Below, piece after piece: positions 42,981 through 52,887 of a stretch of 64,000 nucleotides of DNA (positions are counted from its first letter, which is position 1; the number at the start of each line of letters is the position of its first letter). The stretch is from Escherichia coli. GTDB lineage: Bacteria; Pseudomonadota; Gammaproteobacteria; Enterobacterales; Enterobacteriaceae. The stretch is from the NCBI RefSeq assembly GCF_048403405.1, contig NZ_CP183129.1; one strand, given 5' to 3'. A model generated the notes under the pieces. That model was not told where the DNA came from. It did no database searches and saw only the letters and a list, made by a program, of their open reading frames with translations. The translations under genes and the position numbers were made by a program.

Positions 42981-43242
42981 TTTCTCTGAGCTTATTTCCT
43001 TCAAAAAAGACAGAGAAGAAATGCGGACTGAATCTGTCTATTACGTTCAACACCGGAATAAACGCTCGGTGCTTGATCAGGAGCTGATTATTACCGGAGA
43101 CCTGGCATTCAGAACATATAAGGCCAGCATGGAAATGAAGGATTTCCCTAAATGTGGTTCTGAAAGAGAAGCCGCGTTAAAGCTGGCTGAGTGGATGCAG
43201 AGAATGGCTGCTGCAATTGAGAATTACTGGAGTGAACCATAA
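42973..43242 (+). CDS. hypothetical nin-region protein
   Basis: 89-aa ORF. Confidence 0.4.
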   Translation: MSDFSELISFKKDREEMRTESVYYVQHRNKRSVLDQELIITGDLAFRTYKASMEMKDFPKCGSEREAALKLAEWMQRMAAAIENYWSEP

Positions 43243-43532
43243 TGGCTAACCTACGCAAAGAAGCGCGCGGCAGAGAATGCCAGGTACGTATTTACGGCAT
43301 ATGCAATGGCAATCCTGAAACTACAGTTCTGGCACATTACCGGATGGCTGGAATTTGCGGAGCGGGAATGAAGCCTGACGACCTGATCGGTGCATGGGCT
43401 TGTAGTGCGTGTCACGATGAAATCGACCGACGCACCCATAATCTCGACAACAAAGACGCCAGACTTTACCACCTCGAAGGCGTGATCAGAACGCAGGCGA
43501 TACTGCTGAGGGAGGGGAAGATTAAGTCATGA
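43242..43532 (+). CDS. YbcO-like (DUF1364) putative nuclease
   Basis: RGRECQVRIYGICNGNPETTVLAHYR...CSACHDEIDRR. Confidence 0.6.
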   Translation: MANLRKEARGRECQVRIYGICNGNPETTVLAHYRMAGICGAGMKPDDLIGAWACSACHDEIDRRTHNLDNKDARLYHLEGVIRTQAILLREGKIKS

Positions 43533-43891
43533 ACGAATATCAGTTTGTGCTTCCATACCCGCCATCGGTGAATACCTACTGGCGAAGACGGGGAAGCCAA
43601 TACTACATCAGCGATAAAGGCCAGAAATACCGAAAAGACGTTCAGCAAATAATCAGCCAACTCAAGTTAGACATTTTCACCAAATCACGACTACGCATCA
43701 AAGTCATCGCAGACGTTCCAGACTCCCGCCGCCGAGACCTCGATAACATCCTGAAAGGTTTACTCGACTCCCTTATCCACGCCGGATTTGCGGAAGACGA
43801 CGAGCAATTCGATGACATTCGCGTAATTCGTGGCGTGAAAGTACCAGGCGGAAGGCTTGGAATAAAAATCACCGAACTGGAGAGCGTATGA
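43529..43891 (+). CDS. rusA: RusA-family Holliday junction resolvase
   Basis: 120 aa; DVPDSRRRDLDNILKGLLDSL motif. Confidence 0.8.
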   Translation: MNEYQFVLPYPPSVNTYWRRRGSQYYISDKGQKYRKDVQQIISQLKLDIFTKSRLRIKVIADVPDSRRRDLDNILKGLLDSLIHAGFAEDDEQFDDIRVIRGVKVPGGRLGIKITELESV

Positions 43892-44076
43892 ACGCCACAA
43901 TTCAAACGATACCAGAGCTTCTTATCCAGACACGAGGCAATCAGACCGAAGTGGCAAGGATGCTTTCCTGCGCAAGAGGAACAGTGCTCAAGTACAACCG
44001 AGACAGCAAAGGCGAGCGTCACGTAATAGTTAACGGCGTCCTGATGGTCAAACAGGGCAAAAGGGGAAGGCCATGA
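43888..44076 (+). CDS. ninH: NinH-like small DNA-binding protein
   Basis: GNQTEVARMLSCARGTVLKY HTH resembles lambda NinH. Confidence 0.55.
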   Translation: MNATIQTIPELLIQTRGNQTEVARMLSCARGTVLKYNRDSKGERHVIVNGVLMVKQGKRGRP

Positions 44077-44696
44077 GACTCGAAAGCGTAGCTAAATTTC
44101 ATTCGCCAAAAAGCCCGATGATGAGCGACTCACCACGGGCTACGGCTTCTGACTCTCTTTCCGGTACTGATGTGATGGCTGCTATGGGGATGGCGCAATC
44201 ACAAGCCGGATTCGGAATGGCTGCATTCTGCGGTAAGCATGAACTCAGCCAGAACGACAAACAAAAGGCTATCAACTATCTGATGCAATTTGCACACAAG
44301 GTATCGGGGAAATACCGTGGCGTTGCAAAACTTGAAGGAAATACTAAGGCAAAGGTACTGCAAGTGCTCGCAACATTCGCTTATGCGGATTATTGCCGTA
44401 GTGCCGCGACGCCGGGCGCAAGATGCAGAGATTGCCACGGTACAGGCCGTGCGGTTGATATTGCCAAAACAGAGCAGTGGGGGAGAGTTGTCGAAAAAGA
44501 GTGCGGAAGATGCAAAGGCGTCGGCTATTCCAGGATGCCAGCAAGCGCCGCATATCGCGCTGTAACGATGCTAATCCCAAACCTTACCCAACCCACCTGG
44601 TCACGCACTGTTAAGCCGCTGTATGACGCTCTGGTGGTGCAATGCCACAAGGAAGAGTCAATCGCAGACAATATTTTGAATGCGGTCACACGTTAG
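44073..44696 (+). CDS. Q: late antiterminator Q (lambda type)
   Basis: 207 aa, near-identical to recalled lambda Q. Confidence 0.9.
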   Translation: MRLESVAKFHSPKSPMMSDSPRATASDSLSGTDVMAAMGMAQSQAGFGMAAFCGKHELSQNDKQKAINYLMQFAHKVSGKYRGVAKLEGNTKAKVLQVLATFAYADYCRSAATPGARCRDCHGTGRAVDIAKTEQWGRVVEKECGRCKGVGYSRMPASAAYRAVTMLIPNLTQPTWSRTVKPLYDALVVQCHKEESIADNILNAVTR

Positions 44697-44738
44697 CAGC
44701 ATGATTGCCACGGATGGCAACATATTAACGGCATGATA

Positions 44739-44767
44739 TTGACTTTTTGAATAAAGTTGGGTAAATT
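44739..44767 (+). promoter_or_regulatory. late promoter pR' with qut region
   Basis: TTGACT ... TAAATT as in lambda. Confidence 0.7.
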
Positions 44768-44773
44768 TGACCC

Positions 44774-44968
44774 AACGATGGGTTAATTCGCTCGTTGTGG
44801 TAGTGAGATAAAAAGAGGCGGCGCTTACTACCGATTCCGCCTAGTTGGTCACTTCGACGTATCGTCTGGAACTCCAACCATCGCAGGCTGAGAGGTCTGC
44901 AAAATGCAATCCCGAAACAGTTAGCAGGTAATAGTTAGAGCCTGCATAACGGTTTCGGGATTTTTTAT
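44774..44968 (+). ncRNA. pR' leader transcript (lambda 6S RNA-like)
   Basis: about 195 nt from predicted start to the tR' hairpin. Confidence 0.45.
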
Positions 44969-44970
44969 TT
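44908..44970 (+). terminator. tR' terminator
   Basis: AATCCCGAAAC ... GTTTCGGGATT stem followed by TTTTTTATTT. Confidence 0.75.
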
Positions 44971-45045
44971 GGGTCAGTCGTATAAAGGTCATTACGGAAG
45001 GCTGTTAACCTTCTTATCGTGGTTCGAGTCCACGCTGTCCCGCCA
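44971..45045 (+). tRNA. phage tRNA-like gene, anticodon GUU (Asn) by manual fold
   Basis: cloverleaf with T-arm CGTGG-TTCGAGT-CCACG and CCA end; one acceptor and one D-stem mismatch. Confidence 0.5.
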
Positions 45046-45050
45046 AATAT

Positions 45051-45126
45051 GCTGGTTTAGCTCCAATGGTAGAGCAGTCGCCTTGTAAGCGAATGGGTAG
45101 CGGTTCAAGTCCGTTAACCAGCACCA
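45051..45126 (+). tRNA. phage tRNA gene, anticodon UGU (Thr) by manual fold
   Basis: perfect 7-bp acceptor stem, 4-bp D-stem, T-loop TTCAAGT, CCA end. Confidence 0.6.
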
Positions 45127-45369
45127 TAACTGAGCCGTAGCCACTGGCTATCCTGAATTCATCAGTGATAGTTACGCTGCGGCCTTCTACACATGACCTT
45201 CGTGAAAGCGGTGGCAGGAGGTCGCGCTAATAACCTCCTGCCGTTTTGCCCGTGCATATCGGTCACGAACAAATCTGATTACTAAACACAGTAGCCTGGA
45301 TTTGTTCTATCAGTAATCGACCTTATTCCTAATTAAATAGAGCAAATCCCCTCAATGAAGGGGTAGAGC

Positions 45370-45573
45370 ATGTACCGTATGGACAAAATCAGAGAATGGT
45401 TCAGTTACAGCTTCGGAGGACTGACTGCGATGGGTGGCATTCTCTCCCTGAATGACTGGGCTGTCATCATTGGTATTCTTTGTACTGTCGGCACATTTGG
45501 CATCAACTGGTACTACAAGCGCAAAGAGCGCGAGGACAGATTGAATGGCAATGTCACCGGCACTACGAAATAG
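45370..45573 (+). CDS. holin (phage 21 S-like)
   Basis: 67 aa with two TM helices and charged C-terminus, precedes endolysin. Confidence 0.7.
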   Translation: MYRMDKIREWFSYSFGGLTAMGGILSLNDWAVIIGILCTVGTFGINWYYKRKEREDRLNGNVTGTTK

Positions 45574-46048
45574 CGTAATAGCGGCGATAAGTGGCGGGGC
45601 TATTGCTATAGCATCTGTGTTAATCACTGGACCAAGTGGTAACGATGGTCTGGAAGGTGTTAGCTACATACCATACAAAGATATTGTTGGTGTATGGACT
45701 GTATGTCACGGACACACCGGAAAAGACATCATGCTCGGTAAAACGTATACCAAAGCAGAATGCAAAGCCCTCCTGAATAAAGACCTTGCCACGGTCGCCA
45801 GACAAATTAACCCGTACATCAAAGTCGATATACCGGAAACAATGCGCGGCGCTCTTTACTCATTCGTTTACAACGTGGGTGCTGGCAATTTCAGAACATC
45901 GACGCTTCTTCGCAAAATAAACCAGGGCGATATCAAAGGCGCATGTGATCAGCTACGTCGCTGGACATATGCTGGCGGTAAGCAATGGAAAGGTCTCATG
46001 ACTCGTCGTGAGATTGAGCGTGAAGTCTGTTTGTGGGGGAAACAATGA
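45545..46048 (+). CDS. SAR endolysin (phage 21 R-like lysozyme)
   Basis: Gly/Ala-rich signal-anchor-release segment then lysozyme domain. Confidence 0.8.
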   Translation: MAMSPALRNSVIAAISGGAIAIASVLITGPSGNDGLEGVSYIPYKDIVGVWTVCHGHTGKDIMLGKTYTKAECKALLNKDLATVARQINPYIKVDIPETMRGALYSFVYNVGAGNFRTSTLLRKINQGDIKGACDQLRRWTYAGGKQWKGLMTRREIEREVCLWGKQ

Positions 46049-46512
46049 GCAGAGTAACCGCGATTATCTCCGCTCTGGTTATCTGCATCATCGTCTGCCT
46101 GTCATGGGCTGTTAATCATTACCGTGATAACGCCATGACCTACAAAGAGCAGCGCGATAAAAAAGTCAGTGAGCTGAAGCAGGCGACCGCCACCATTACT
46201 GACATGCAGCAACGCCATCGTGCTGCTGATGCACTCGATGCTAAATACACGAAGGAGTTAGCTGATGCGAAAGCTGAAAATGATGCTCTTCGGCGCAAGC
46301 TTGATAATGGTGGCAGGGTGCTCGTCAAAGGAAAATGCCCTGTGCCATCCTCAGCCGAAACCTCCGGCGCCTCCGGCATGGGCAATGATGCCACCGTCGA
46401 ACTCTCTCCAGTTGCTGGACGAAACGTTCTCGGTGTCCGGGACGGAATTATCCGCGACCAAACAGCACTGAGAACGCTTCAGGAATACATCAGGACGCAA
46501 TGCCTTCGATGA
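46045..46512 (+). CDS. Rz-like inner-membrane spanin
   Basis: N-terminal TM then coiled coil; start ATG overlaps endolysin stop. Confidence 0.75.
   Translation: MSRVTAIISALVICIIVCLSWAVNHYRDNAMTYKEQRDKKVSELKQATATITDMQQRHRAADALDAKYTKELADAKAENDALRRKLDNGGRVLVKGKCPVPSSAETSGASGMGNDATVELSPVAGRNVLGVRDGIIRDQTALRTLQEYIRTQCLR
46265..46471 (+). CDS. Rz1-like outer-membrane lipoprotein spanin, embedded in Rz
   Basis: +1-frame ORF with lipobox MVAGC and Pro-rich tail. Confidence 0.7.
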   Translation: MRKLKMMLFGASLIMVAGCSSKENALCHPQPKPPAPPAWAMMPPSNSLQLLDETFSVSGTELSATKQH

Positions 46513-46685
46513 TAGCGATAATTTTACTCATCATCCTTCACATCTGGCTCTGTAGACAGGGTGGTGCTCACTTCTGGAGTAAATCCAGATTAAACATCTC
46601 ATTGCTGATGCTTGATATTGAGCATCTGGCGCGCAGTAAGGGGCTGCGTTGAGATAAGAGCCAGTTCATTACAAATACCAGGATT

Positions 46686-46712
46686 TAGCCTCGCATTCGC
46701 GGGGCTTTTTAT
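46686..46712 (+). terminator. hairpin plus T-run after the lysis cassette
   Basis: GCCTCGC..GCGGGGC stem followed by TTTTTAT. Confidence 0.45.
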
Positions 46713-46854
46713 ATCTGAATTTCACAGCGCATCTCACGCGCATATTAACGAGAGCCTTTCAGTAAGCGAGCCTGAGAAATGCCGTTATAGGTGGCGACCT
46801 CTCTCGGGCGGCTTTTCTGTGAGACAGGCTCACTTTCTAAAAGGTAAAGACGCT

Positions 46855-47340
46855 ATGAATAACTTTGTTGAAATTACCTCAAGAATTGGTCGCATGTACC
46901 AAGATTTTCTTATAAGTGGAAAGGGGTCTGGCGACATCATAGAGGAAATTGACAAGCTAAGTGCAGAGCTGAGAAGGAATGGGTGTGTTAATTCTATCTT
47001 TTTTGAAACTTTGCTAAAGCAAGGCTTCATGTTTGACATGATTAATTACAACAAAGTCGCACCCAGTGCTTCGCAAAAATCATATGTGTACGTTCTGCAT
47101 GCTGAAGATAGTGGGCTAACAAAAATAGGGTTTAGTCGCAGGGTTAATAAACGAATTTCAGAGATATCTCGCATGAGTGGCGGGAAGCTAAATCTAATTG
47201 CAAAGATTCCGGCCGATAGAGAGCTTGAAACCAAATTGCACCAAAAATATTACAACTATAGGTCGCACGGGGAGTGGTTTAGTCTCAATCGTTGTCATTT
47301 GAAAGAGCTAAAAGAAATGCCTGGTAACGAACTGAAATAA
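46855..47340 (+). CDS. T5orf172 (GIY-YIG-like) domain protein, candidate moron
   Basis: VYVLHAEDSGLTKIGFSRRVNKRISEI ... HGEWFSL; start at the ATG with RBS, not the track start at 46612. Confidence 0.6.
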   Translation: MNNFVEITSRIGRMYQDFLISGKGSGDIIEEIDKLSAELRRNGCVNSIFFETLLKQGFMFDMINYNKVAPSASQKSYVYVLHAEDSGLTKIGFSRRVNKRISEISRMSGGKLNLIAKIPADRELETKLHQKYYNYRSHGEWFSLNRCHLKELKEMPGNELK

Positions 47341-47587
47341 TCCCCGGACTCACCAATTAACGGCAGTACAGCGAAACAACCCAAGCCAGAAAGTGGGGAA
47401 ATAACACTGACAGCCACTGAAAGATGAACCTCCTGCCTTATGGCAAAAAAGATTCTTTGTGGTGGCGGACTGATGGAAAGACATCGGTTATTGCAGAGGC
47501 CATTCAATGAGTGGTCTCGACAATGGCTTATACCCTACACGGGATAACTTAACTGATATCCCTTTTAACGGATAAACGGAGCCAACA

Positions 47588-47830
47588 ATGGCAGAGATTA
47601 TTCCCATGACTGAAGAACAGAAATTCCAGTTAGAGATTTACAAGCTGGTCATGAACCAGAACGCAGCCGCAGAGGAAGCATTTCAATTTATTGGCACTGA
47701 CGAGCTGAAGCTTGAGCTATTCAAAATTCACTTCCAGTCAGGCGGCGCTAATTCAGATATCACGACCCGCACAATCGAAGCGGTACGTAAATCGAAGGAA
47801 GCGTTAGACCTGTTCACTACCGGAGCATAA
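47588..47830 (+). CDS. hypothetical small protein upstream of terminase
   Basis: 80-aa ORF with RBS. Confidence 0.4.
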   Translation: MAEIIPMTEEQKFQLEIYKLVMNQNAAAEEAFQFIGTDELKLELFKIHFQSGGANSDITTRTIEAVRKSKEALDLFTTGA

Positions 47831-47832
47831 AC

Positions 47833-48273
47833 ATGGCGCGCCCAACAAAGTATCAAGAGGCGTACGCCGAACAGGCACGCAAACTGTGCTTGCTGGGCTA
47901 CACCGATGCAGAGCTTGCTGATTTCTTCGAAGTCAGTGAGTCAACTATTAACAAGTGGAAGCTTGATTATCCTGAGTTTTCGGAGTCCATAAAAAAGGGT
48001 AAGGCCGTCGCTGATGCAGAAGTTAGTGATCGTCTTTATCAACGCGCTATGGGCTTCGTGGCTCCAGACATCGATATTCGTGTTATTGAAAACAGAATTG
48101 TCGAAACTCCGCTTGAGAAGTATTACCCGCCTGATACAACCGCCGCCATCTTCTGGCTTAAGAACCGACAGAAGGATAAATGGCGCGATAAGGTTGATCA
48201 CGAGCTAACAGGCAAAGACGGCGGCGCAATCCAGATTGAAACATCACCGATGAGCACTCTATTCGGAAAATGA
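47833..48273 (+). CDS. terminase small subunit
   Basis: 146 aa with N-terminal HTH-like region, overlaps large-subunit start. Confidence 0.7.
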   Translation: MARPTKYQEAYAEQARKLCLLGYTDAELADFFEVSESTINKWKLDYPEFSESIKKGKAVADAEVSDRLYQRAMGFVAPDIDIRVIENRIVETPLEKYYPPDTTAAIFWLKNRQKDKWRDKVDHELTGKDGGAIQIETSPMSTLFGK

Positions 48274-49685
48274 CCTCGATTAATCCTATCTTTGAACCGT
48301 TCATTGAGGCGCATCGCTATAAAGTCGCCAAAGGCGGTCGAGGTAGCGGTAAGTCATGGGCAATCGCGAGGTTGCTTGTTGAGGCGGCACGTCGGCAGCC
48401 TGTGCGTATTCTTTGCGCTCGTGAACTGCAAAACAGTATCAGCGATTCGGTAATCCGACTGCTTGAAGACACCATAGAGCGGGAAGGGTATTCGGCCGAG
48501 TTTGAAATTCAGCGTTCCATGATTCGTCATCTCGGAACAAATGCTGAATTCATGTTCTATGGCATCAAAAACAACCCGACAAAGATTAAATCGCTCGAAG
48601 GCATTGATATCTGCTGGGTGGAAGAAGCGGAAGCGGTAACGAAGGAATCATGGGATATCCTGATTCCAACCATCCGTAAGCCGTTCTCTGAAATATGGGT
48701 GAGCTTTAACCCGAAGAACATCCTCGACGATACCTATCAGCGATTCGTCGTAAATCCTCCTGATGATATTTGTCTGCTGACGGTGAACTACACCGACAAC
48801 CCGCACTTTCCTGAAGTTCTCCGTCTGGAGATGGAAGAGTGCAAACGCAGAAATCCGACACTGTATCGTCACATCTGGCTGGGTGAGCCGGTAAGCGCAA
48901 GTGATATGGCAATCATCAAACGTGAATGGCTTGAAGCTGCAACCGATGCGCACAAGAAACTCGGATGGAAAGCGAAAGGCGCTGTTGTTTCTGCGCATGA
49001 CCCGTCAGATACAGGGCCAGATGCTAAAGGTTATGCATCGCGTCACGGTTCGGTAGTTAAGCGCATTGCCGAAGGTCTGCTGATGGACATCAACGAGGGT
49101 GCTGACTGGGCTACTTCGCTGGCGATTGAAGACGGCGCTGACCATTACCTGTGGGATGGCGATGGTGTCGGTGCAGGGCTACGCAGACAGACAACGGAAG
49201 CATTCTCCGGCAAGAAAATTACCGCCACGATGTTCAAGGGCAGCGAATCGCCATTCGATGAAGATGCGCCTTATCAGGCCGGAGCATGGGCTGATGAAGT
49301 CGTACAGGGCGACAACGTTCGCACTATTGGCGATGTTTTCCGCAATAAGCGAGCGCAATTCTATTACGCGCTGGCTGACAGGCTGTATCTGACATATCGG
49401 GCGGTTGTCCACGGTGAGTATGCAGACCCCGACGACATGCTGAGCTTCGACAAAGAAGCGATAGGCGAGAAGATGCTGGAGAAGCTGTTTGCAGAACTGA
49501 CGCAGATTCAGCGCAAATTCAATAACAACGGGAAGCTGGAGCTAATGACTAAGGTCGAAATGAAGCAGAAGCTCGGTATTCCATCTCCTAACCTGGCTGA
49601 TGCGCTGATGATGTGTATGCATTGCCCAGAGTCGGCTGCGCAACCCGACTATTCCAGTTACTCAATTCCTTGTGGTGTAGGTTGA
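48270..49685 (+). CDS. terminase large subunit
   Basis: Walker A KGGRGSGKS and nuclease-like C-terminal half. Confidence 0.85.
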   Translation: MTSINPIFEPFIEAHRYKVAKGGRGSGKSWAIARLLVEAARRQPVRILCARELQNSISDSVIRLLEDTIEREGYSAEFEIQRSMIRHLGTNAEFMFYGIKNNPTKIKSLEGIDICWVEEAEAVTKESWDILIPTIRKPFSEIWVSFNPKNILDDTYQRFVVNPPDDICLLTVNYTDNPHFPEVLRLEMEECKRRNPTLYRHIWLGEPVSASDMAIIKREWLEAATDAHKKLGWKAKGAVVSAHDPSDTGPDAKGYASRHGSVVKRIAEGLLMDINEGADWATSLAIEDGADHYLWDGDGVGAGLRRQTTEAFSGKKITATMFKGSESPFDEDAPYQAGAWADEVVQGDNVRTIGDVFRNKRAQFYYALADRLYLTYRAVVHGEYADPDDMLSFDKEAIGEKMLEKLFAELTQIQRKFNNNGKLELMTKVEMKQKLGIPSPNLADALMMCMHCPESAAQPDYSSYSIPCGVG

Positions 49686-49686
49686 T

Positions 49687-51885
49687 ATGGCAGAAAAAAA
49701 GATGACTGACTGGCATCGCAAGGTGCTGTGCAACTTTGATAATGCCTGGTCAGCAACGCAGGATATGCGTGAGCAGATTATTGAGGCTCAACGTTTCGTC
49801 CGGGTGTCCGGCGCACAGTGGGAAGGCAGCACAAACGCTGGTTACTCATTTGATGAAGGCAGGTTTGAGCATTACCCGCGTTTTGAACTGAATAAGATTG
49901 CCCGTGAATGTGATCGCATCATTGGCGAGTATCGACAGAATCGCATCAGCGTTAAATTCAGGCCGAAGGACGACAAGGCATCGGAAGCGTTAGCCGAAAA
50001 GATGAACGGCAAATTCCGCGCTGACTATCAGGAAACATCCGGTGGCGAAGCGTGTGATAACGCATTTGATGATGCCGTAACGGGCGGATTCGGTTGTTTC
50101 CGCATGTGTGCCGATTACGAAGATGAAATGGATCCGAGTAACGAGCAGCGCCGCATCAGCCTTCTCCCGGTTTACGACCCAGCGACATGCGTCTTCTTCG
50201 ATCAGGACAGCAAGCAATATGACCGCTCTGATGCTATGTGGGCTATGGAAATGTTCTCCATGACGCCTAAAGCGTTCGAGGCTGAATACCCTGATTCCAT
50301 CGCGGCAAGCCTTCCTCGTGATGACACTGGCACTCAATATGACTGGTCAACGCCAGATGCCATCTATGTTGGGCGCTACTACGAAGTTCGCATAGAGAAG
50401 GTGAAGCTCACGGCATGGCGCAACCCTGTTAGCGGAGAAACGGCAATCTATGATGAAGATCAAATCAAAGATATTGTCGATGAGCTAACCGATGGTGCAT
50501 TCGAACTGATTGGCGAGCGAACGGTGAAGAAACGCCGAGTTTATTGCGGTCTTCTGTCTGGCGCTGAATGGCTGGAAGAACCGAAGCGTATTCCGGGCGA
50601 ACATATTCCTCTCATCCCGGTATATGGGCGTCGTTCATTTGTTGATAATCAGGAGCGAATCGAAGGCCACGCAGCAAAAGCGATGGATGCACAGCGTCTT
50701 GAGAACCTGATGGTTTCCATGATTGCAGATAACGCCACTCAGGCTGGCGGTGATGGCATTCCTATCGTGGATGTTGATTTCATTCCCGGCCCATTAATGA
50801 ATCACTGGGCAGAGAGGAATAAGAAAAGACCTGCAGTTCTTCCCATGACCAGCAAGAAGGACAAAAACGGAACGGTCATTTCAGAGGCTCAGGTTGCTGG
50901 CTGGACACCTCCGACACAAATGCCTCCTGCTCTTGCCGGGCTATTGCAGTACACCGGAACGGCTATTCAGCAAATTACAGGTGCGTCGCAGCTTGAGAAC
51001 ATGCCGAGCAACGTCGCTACCGATACCGTTGATAGCATCTTTAACCGGATGGACACGCAGTCCTATATCTACATGGACAACATGGCTAAATCCATGCGCC
51101 GTGCTGGCGTCGTGTGGCTTTCTATGGCGCGTGAGGTCTATGGCAGTGATACGCCGATGCGTATCGTTAATGAGGACGGCAGCGATGACGTGGCGCTGAT
51201 GACTGGTGAAGTGGTTGACCGTCAGACAGGGCAGGTTATCGCGCTTAATGACCTTTCGCAGGGTAACTATGAAGTGACTGTCGATGTTGGTCTGTCGTTC
51301 GCTACTCGCCGTGATGCAACGGTTAAGTCGTTACTTTCCATGCTGGCACTTATCCCGCCCGGAACGCCGAAACACGACCTTGTATCGTCGATGATCCTCG
51401 ATAATATGGACGGCGAAGGGATGGACGACCTTAAAGAATACAACCGCAATCAGTTGCTTCTGTCTGGAGTTATCAAGCCGAGAACGCCAGAAGAACAGCA
51501 GATGGTTGAGCAGGCGAAACAACAACAGGCCAGTCAGCCAGATCCGGCTATGGTTGCAGCGCAAGGTCAGCTTCTTGCTGGTCAGGCTGAATTGCAGAAA
51601 GCGCAGAACGAACAGGCAGCCATTCAGGTTAAAGCATTCCAGGCACAGACTGATGCTCAGGTTGCAGCGGCAAATGTTGTGAAAATCCTCGCATCTGCCG
51701 ATAGCCAGCAGAAATCTGATATCCGCGAGGCTCTGAAACTGCTCGGACAGTTCCAGCAACAGCAAGGAGACAATGCCCGTGCTGATGCAGAGCTTGTCCT
51801 GAAAAGTCAGGCACAGGGCCATGCGCAGCGCATGGACATCAGCAGCATCCTGCAAAAATCAACTCAGCAACAACCACAGCAGTAA
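49687..51885 (+). CDS. portal protein (P22 gp1-like)
   Basis: 732 aa; KRRRVYCGLLSG..AGEHIPLIPVYG and Gln-rich C-terminal barrel resemble P22 portal. Confidence 0.85.
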   Translation: MAEKKMTDWHRKVLCNFDNAWSATQDMREQIIEAQRFVRVSGAQWEGSTNAGYSFDEGRFEHYPRFELNKIARECDRIIGEYRQNRISVKFRPKDDKASEALAEKMNGKFRADYQETSGGEACDNAFDDAVTGGFGCFRMCADYEDEMDPSNEQRRISLLPVYDPATCVFFDQDSKQYDRSDAMWAMEMFSMTPKAFEAEYPDSIAASLPRDDTGTQYDWSTPDAIYVGRYYEVRIEKVKLTAWRNPVSGETAIYDEDQIKDIVDELTDGAFELIGERTVKKRRVYCGLLSGAEWLEEPKRIPGEHIPLIPVYGRRSFVDNQERIEGHAAKAMDAQRLENLMVSMIADNATQAGGDGIPIVDVDFIPGPLMNHWAERNKKRPAVLPMTSKKDKNGTVISEAQVAGWTPPTQMPPALAGLLQYTGTAIQQITGASQLENMPSNVATDTVDSIFNRMDTQSYIYMDNMAKSMRRAGVVWLSMAREVYGSDTPMRIVNEDGSDDVALMTGEVVDRQTGQVIALNDLSQGNYEVTVDVGLSFATRRDATVKSLLSMLALIPPGTPKHDLVSSMILDNMDGEGMDDLKEYNRNQLLLSGVIKPRTPEEQQMVEQAKQQQASQPDPAMVAAQGQLLAGQAELQKAQNEQAAIQVKAFQAQTDAQVAAANVVKILASADSQQKSDIREALKLLGQFQQQQGDNARADAELVLKSQAQGHAQRMDISSILQKSTQQQPQQ

Positions 51886-51975
51886 TTAACCCATAACGTG
51901 CAATGGCTGTCTTTATGAGGCCTGGCACCCTATTGCCTTCCGATGGGCTGAACATCGAGTAAACAGGGGTAACAA

Positions 51976-52869
51976 ATGGACCAGATGGCAGAAAACACAC
52001 CAGAAGTTGAAATCGAAACCGACGCGTCAGAGCAGATTCCTGATGATGTCGAACTGGCTGAAGAAGTCGAAACAGCAGATGGCAGTGAGTCCTCCGGCAA
52101 TGATGCAGAGGAAGCTACTGAAACTGATGACGACGAATCAGAACAGGAATTCTACTTTGGTGACGAAAAGCTGGATTCGCCAACCAGCGAAGATGGAGCT
52201 GAGCATGGACTGGTAAAACACTTGCGCAAGACGATTAAAGAGAAAGACCGCGAGCTGAAAGAGCTGATGCGTCAGTCTCAGAAACCCGTCGAGCAGCAGC
52301 CGGTAATCACTCAACCACCGCGAATGCCAAAACTGGACGATGAGGACATCGGTTTCGATGAAGAAATCTACCAGCAACGCATGGCTAAGTGGGCAGAGGA
52401 TAACGGCAAATACCAGGAGCAAGTACGAGAGCGGAAACGAGAGGAAGAGGCGCGTACCGCAACGCTTCAGCAGAAAGCAGCCAATTACATGCAGAGAGTA
52501 AAAGCACTGAAAGTGGCTGGCTACCAGGATGCAGAACAGGCTGTACGCGAAGATGTTCCTGTTCATATTCAGGACATGATCCTTCTTGAGTCAGAGAAGC
52601 CGGAAATCGTTGTTCTGGCGCTTGGTCGCAACGCTGAACTGCGCAAGCAACTGGCAGAAGCTACCAACCCCGTAGCAATTGGTCGTCTGCTGGAACGTAT
52701 CGAATCTAAGGCCAGAATCATGCCAAAAGCAAAAACCACGGCAGCCACAACCCCGACAGTTAAGGGGAGCAACGGCGCAGTAATCAACAACCTCGACAAA
52801 TTGAAAGCCAAGGCGCTGGAAACTGGTGACTGGACGCCGTATTTCGCCGCTAAAAAGGCAAAAAAATAA
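51976..52869 (+). CDS. scaffolding protein
   Basis: 297-aa acidic helical ORF between portal and coat. Confidence 0.7.
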   Translation: MDQMAENTPEVEIETDASEQIPDDVELAEEVETADGSESSGNDAEEATETDDDESEQEFYFGDEKLDSPTSEDGAEHGLVKHLRKTIKEKDRELKELMRQSQKPVEQQPVITQPPRMPKLDDEDIGFDEEIYQQRMAKWAEDNGKYQEQVRERKREEEARTATLQQKAANYMQRVKALKVAGYQDAEQAVREDVPVHIQDMILLESEKPEIVVLALGRNAELRKQLAEATNPVAIGRLLERIESKARIMPKAKTTAATTPTVKGSNGAVINNLDKLKAKALETGDWTPYFAAKKAKK

Positions 52870-52887
52870 CCTATCGGAGCATTAAGC

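Noticed and set aside
46612..46854. Upstream extension of the T5orf172 ORF (track start at 46612)
   Set aside because: The extension covers the post-lysis terminator and has no RBS; the ATG at 46855 has a Shine-Dalgarno sequence.
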